Assembly (NCBI RefSeq): GCF_009914755.1
Contig: NC_060934.1
Length of the DNA: 64,000 nt
From: the human T2T-CHM13v2.0 reference genome, Homo sapiens
Strand: one strand, 5' to 3'
The position numbers and the translations under genes were made by a program. Positions 59,306-64,000 of this stretch are shown here, in pieces. Position 1 is the first letter of the stretch. The number at the start of each line of letters is the position of its first letter. The notes beneath the pieces were generated by a model. That model was not told where the DNA came from. It did not search any database and saw only the letters and a program-made list of their open reading frames with translations.

Positions 59306-60234
59306 GTCTAAGGTAATCACCTACTTGAGTCTGTGGAGAGAACTTCTCCTGGAGACCAGCCACCAAGTGGTGTTTCCAGAATGGAAAGAAGTCAAGCCAT
59401 GGTTTTCCCTGATCCTCCTTGACGTTTGCCAGCATTCAGTGAGGATGGCCAAGGCAGTAAGAGATGCAGAGTTGACCAAGACAGCAAGTAACTTGCCTCT
59501 TATACAACAGATTTGGAGTGATGCTGGTTGGAATTATCTGAGGAGTTTCTAATGTGACTCTGGGTTCGAGAACTTCACAAGTAGAGTGTAGAGGGATTTG
59601 TGGGTTTTTTTTTTTTTTTGTGAGGGAAGGGGGATAATAAGAGGGTGGTCTTCCCTGCTCTAGGTGTTGAAGCAAATGAGGTATAAAACATCAGATTCAG
59701 CAGCAAAATGAAGCCTTTATTACTGATAAAGCTGGATTGGCGGGAAACAGTACAAAAGACAAATGGACCTGCCACCCCTCCCCACTCTCAGCTAGATCTT
59801 AGGACAGCCCACTAGGGAAAGTTCCAGTCTGCAGAGCTGACCCTTTCCTGGGTCACTGCCACCAATCATTTGAAAGGAGGAGAAAGGCCGGGAAAGCAAG
59901 TACCCACTCACAGAATCTTTGTTAGATTAACTCCATGCCACTGAGAAACCTGGCCCATGGCTGTGGCCCCCCCCAGACAGTCACCTCTACCTCCATGGGA
60001 AGAAGTAACATGTTGGCAAGAGGAATGGAGACCCACAAGAAGGAATGGAGGGCTGGCTTGGAGGCAGTGGGGGGTCTGGAGATGCCTTGCCACGGCTCCT
60101 GGCTGCAGAGCAGGAGGACAAGCCTGGCAGTCACTGATCCAGGACACCACCTTCCTGTCTCCTGCATCTTGTAGAGGCATGTGTGCCTGACGAGACGGTC
60201 TTATTGCTCCCTTGTCCTTTGTGTTCACCTGCAG

Positions 60235-60267
60235 CTTCCATCTCCACTCCCGTGACCTCCACACCAG
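60235..60267 (+). CDS. Stalk micro-exon, 33 nt: (A)SISTPVTSTP
   Basis: ctgcag|...|gtagaa. Confidence 0.8.
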
Positions 60268-60424
60268 GTAGAACACTCTGTCTGCTATCCCATCAGTGCC
60301 TCTTCTTGGAGATCTGTTTATCAAAATGAAACTCAAAAATTTTGTCCCCAACATAGCCTCAGTAAAAACAGAAACCCAGGAGTCCCCTCCACTGGTGTAT
60401 GTCTCTTCTTCCTTTTATCTCTAG

Positions 60425-60463
60425 AGATCTCTTCAACCTCAGCAGAAGTGACCTTTCCACCTG
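60425..60463 (+). CDS. Stalk micro-exon, 39 nt: (E)ISSTSAEVTFPP
   Basis: ctctag|...CCTG|gtaaag. Confidence 0.8.
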
Positions 60464-60642
60464 GTAAAGTCTCCTTTGTGGTACTGTTTAAGTTAATGAG
60501 ACTGGCTTCGTATGTGTCATGTTCTATTCAGAAAATAAGCCTCAGTTATGATCATTTTTACTGCAGAGTAAAACTCAATGAAAAGACACAGCTGGCCTTC
60601 TTCCACTCATGTTTGTGTCCTGCTCTCTTTGTTAATACACAG

Positions 60643-60681
60643 ATGCATCTTCAATCTCAGCAGAAGCGGACACGCCCTCTG
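60643..60681 (+). CDS. Stalk micro-exon, 39 nt: (D)ASSISAEADTPS
   Basis: acacag|...|gtaatg. Confidence 0.8.
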
Positions 60682-60884
60682 GTAATGTTTTCTGCCTGTC
60701 ATATTTCCAAAGTTCAATATGATCAACTTTTTCCCTTTCTCTGTGGCAAATCAACATATATAGGTACTGGCTATTCTGTCTATGGTATGAGCCTCAGTGT
60801 AAACAGAAACCCCAGCATCCTTTTCACAGAAACTGAGGTTCATGTTCTCTTCATCCATAGACACAAAAGTGGCCCCCGCACCAG

Positions 60885-61460
60885 GGCACACCTTCTGCTT
60901 GCTGTACTGGTTTTGATCAGATGTGCCCATGGGAGGCCAGGGCTAGGGGTTCACACTTCTCCTGCTTGGCCTGTGTGTGTCATGCACTGGTCTTGATCAG
61001 ATGTGCCCACGGGAGGCCAGGGCTGGGGGTCCGCACCTCTCCTGCTTGGCCTGTGTGTGTCATGCACTGGTCTTGATCAGATGTGCCCACGGGAGGCCAG
61101 GGCTGGGGGCCTGCACCTCTCCTGCTTGGCCTGTGTGTGTCATGCACTGGTCTTGATCAGATGTGCCCATGGGAGGCCAGGGCTGGGGGCCCGCACCTCT
61201 CCTGCTTGGCCTGTGTGTGTCATGCCCTGGTCTTGATCAGATGTGCCCATGGGAGGCCAGGGCCGGGGGTCCACATCTCTCCTGCTTGGCCTGTGTGTCA
61301 TGCACTGGTCTTGATCAGATGTGCCCATGGGAGGCCAGGGCCGGGGGTCCCCATCTCTCCTGCTTGGCCTGTGTGTATCATGCACTGGTCTTGATCAGAT
61401 GTGCTCATGGAGGCCAGGGCTGGGGGTCTGCACCTCTCCTGCTTGGCCATATGTGTCATG
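60885..61460. repeat. 80-bp VNTR, ~7 copies
   Basis: tcttgatcagatgtgccc... recurs at 60911, 60991, 61071, 61151, 61231, 61309, 61389. Confidence 0.97.
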
Positions 61461-61603
61461 TTTCAGGTGATGCTTTGACCCAGCAAGCACACCTGAACAC
61501 ACACATGAAAAAACTGGGTTGTGATAGTGTTAGTTCTATCCATCTGCCCTTATGTTTTCCACCATGTAGTTGGTCAAACCAAAACATTCCTCTGCATTTG
61601 CAG

Positions 61604-61642
61604 ATACGACTCCCACTGCAGCTGAAGCCCCTTCTTCACCAG
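61604..61642 (+). CDS. Stalk micro-exon, 39 nt: (D)TTPTAAEAPSSP
   Basis: ttgcag|...|gtatgc. Confidence 0.8.
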
Positions 61643-61703
61643 GTATGCTCTCTGCTCCTTGCAACAGCCCTCATGAGTGGCTTTCTCAGAATGCTCAGCC
61701 CAG

Positions 61704-61745
61704 CAAGAGTTTACACACCCAGAATAAACACTTCTGTTTCTCCAG
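61704..61745 (+). CDS. Candidate stalk micro-exon, 42 nt: (A)RVYTPRINTSVSP
   Basis: Good donor CCAG|gtgagg; acceptor uncertain and the upstream intron would be only 61 nt. Confidence 0.4.
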
Positions 61746-62384
61746 GTGAGGTCAGGGGAGAAGAGAGGAGAAGTCAGGGGAGGCCACTCAACTCCCCAGA
61801 GGATTTCAGGCCACTCCCCTATCACTAGTCATGAAACTGCACGCAGTGAAGGTGGATGCTGGGGACAGGATAAATAGGATAAAATAGCTTAAAATCTCAA
61901 GTCTAGAGTAGGGATTCCCAAATGCTTATATGTGTGTGAGCCTCATGTGGAACTTGTGAAATGCAAATTCAGTGGCTCTGGGTGGAGCTTTTCTAAGAGG
62001 CTCCCAGGTGATGCCGCTGCTGCCGGTCATGGACCCGGTTGGGGGAGTAAGGTGTTGAACCACCACCCTCATTTTGGAGGAAAATGAGGCCCAAAGAAGG
62101 AAAAGATTTGCCTAAAGTCACAGAGCTAGGGCAAGGCAGAGCCAGGTGTCCTGACTTCTATCCAAAGTCCTTTCTGCTCTCATGCTCTGCTGATGAATCC
62201 ATCTGTGTGATTCTCCCAAATCCCTATGACATTGACGTCTTCAGTAACAAGGCTCTGCTGCTTTCTTCTCTTTTATTTATTTTCTTTTTTCCCCCAAGTC
62301 CTGGGTACTTTGAAGACATATGGGGGTAAAATTCAATGAAACCAAAGTTCAGCACTTTCTTTTCACCTATGTTTAAGTATGGCC

Positions 62385-62520
62385 GGCCTGCCTTCTTGCC
62401 TGCCTGCCTGCCCTCCCTCCCTCCCTCCTTCCTTCCTTCCTTTTCCTTCCTTTCTTTCTCCCTCCCTCCTTCGCTTTCCTCCTACCTCCATCCCTCATTT
62501 CCTCACTTCCTTCCTTCTCA
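62385..62520. repeat. (CCTG)(CCCT)(CCTT) polypyrimidine simple repeat
   Basis: Directly visible. Confidence 0.9.
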
Positions 62521-63227
62521 CCCACACCATGACTCCACTTTTGCCAGAAGATTCCTTTGCTTGTAATTCTCACTGGCTCTTGACATCACATGAGGCAACC
62601 TTTTCTCTGTGGATCTGGTTGACGGTAATTGGGTTGCTTTGGTCACAGATTAGGTGACACTCAGAGGGTTTTACTTCCTTTGTGAAGGCATGACAGCGAA
62701 ATCACTTCCTGTTTGCTCGGGAAGGGCCACCTTGGAGTGGGAGAAAAGGTGTGGTGGCCATTAAACCCTTACCTTCCTTCCCCTTCATCCCTGATTAACC
62801 ACATGGAGCCCGGGTGAATGCGACTCCCACATGTTATACTCCTGAAAGGCAAAGTGCTTAGAATACATGCTTTGGAGCCTCACGGGCTTGAATTGTGGAT
62901 AACCTGAGCATGCTATAAAACCCCTGAGTCTCCATTTCCTCATCTCTAAAATAATTGTCATGAGGACCAGAGATGCAAATTATCTGACACATTGTAGATG
63001 TTCAAAATAAGAATTGTCAATCTCCCTCACAAAATGCCAGCCTCTCGTACTCCAGTTTATGCCTGAATGTGTAAATCCACAAGATCAGTGCACGCGGTGG
63101 ATTTCTACTGCATATCACAGATGAAATAGGCTCGTTTTCATACACTTATAGTCTACAGTGTAAAATTTCAATGAAGCCAAATTTTAATGCTTTCTTTTCA
63201 AGAGAATATTTTTTTTTGAAGCCACAG

Positions 63228-63260
63228 ATCTAATTTCGACCAAAGTGACACCATCACTCT
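63228..63260 (+). CDS. Candidate stalk micro-exon, 33 nt: (D)LISTKVTPSL
   Basis: ccacag|...|gtaaca; resembles IISTSEEVTPSP. Confidence 0.55.
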
Positions 63261-63610
63261 GTAACAATCTTATGTCTGTTGCTAGATTAATGCTTCATTT
63301 TATTATTTGCACTACTATATTCTTTCATAAAATCCATTGCTAATTTTTCTACCAGGCTTTCCTCTGTATATGTTACTATGGAATTACATCTCTCAGATAT
63401 GACCTTTTTCTTATCTAAAAATATTTCAGAGGAAACTAACTTGATTTTCTTGGCTTCATTTTCAGCCCCTATAAAAATGTTTTCTACAAAATATGTTTTT
63501 TTAATTCTTCCTTTCAAAATTCAATATATTTATAAAGTTTTTTTCTGACCATTGAATACATTATTTTATATCTGGAGAATAAACAGGATACAGCACTGCT
63601 TATTACATTT

Positions 63611-63915
63611 ATTTATTTATTTATTTATTTATTTATTTTGGGATAGGGTCTTGCTCTGTTGCCAAGGCTGGAGTGCGGTGGTGCAATCACTGCAGCCTTG
63701 ACCTCTTGTGCTCAAGTGATCCTCCCACCTCAGCCTCCCGAGTAGCTAGGAACACAGGTGTGCACCACCCTGCAGCTATTTTTTTACATTTTTTTAATAC
63801 ATACTGGATCTCGCCATATCGCCCAGGCTGGTCTTGAGCTCCCGGATGCAAGTGATTCTCCCACCTCAACCTCCCAAAGTGCTGGGATTACAGGTGTGAG
63901 CGCAGGCACCTGGCC
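63611..63915 (-). mobile_element. Alu (AluJ-like)
   Basis: (TTTA)n tail; cagccttgacctc and ctcaagtgatcctccc J-type motifs. Confidence 0.92.
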
Positions 63916-64000
63916 ATTTAATACATTTTGATGGCAAAAAAAGTAAAACTTAATGGATAATATTTCTGCACCCAAACTAAAGTAGGAACTTAAACAATGT

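Noticed and set aside
60448-61828. Repetitive ORFs, and a CRISPR-like regular array
   Set aside because: A head-to-tail 80-bp VNTR with no unique spacers, in eukaryotic DNA.
62299-62325. Possible 27-nt micro-exon (V)LGTLKTYG
   Set aside because: AAG acceptor and composition unlike the other stalk exons.

Overview
Primate, very probably human, genomic DNA: it carries Alu elements, including one matching the young AluYg6 pattern, and a young L1PA. The whole window lies inside one large + strand gene of the DMBT1 / group-B SRCR family. From domain content and my recollection of the locus, it is most likely the DMBT1-like pseudogene DMBT1L1 (DMBT1P1); I could not verify this by search. By reading splice sites I reconstructed 8 single-exon SRCR domains, 3 two-exon CUB domains and about 29 Ser/Thr/Pro-rich micro-exons of 24-72 nt. 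Domain order is SRCR1-SRCR2*-SRCR3-CUB1*-SRCR4*-SRCR5-CUB2-SRCR6-CUB3-SRCR7-SRCR8*-mucin-like stalk (* = disrupted). Every module is phase 1-1. No signal peptide or ZP exon was found, so both gene ends lie outside the window. Highlights: (1) only two hard lesions fall in exons with intact splice sites, so exon skipping could restore an ORF; (2) CUB1 resembles spermadhesins; (3) two cryptic fossil CUB half-exons follow CUB3; (4) a twin-primed inverted L1 has both ORF2 halves open; (5) a G-rich 16-bp minisatellite and an 80-bp VNTR. Coordinates were read by hand, and repeat boundaries are approximate unless TSDs are given.
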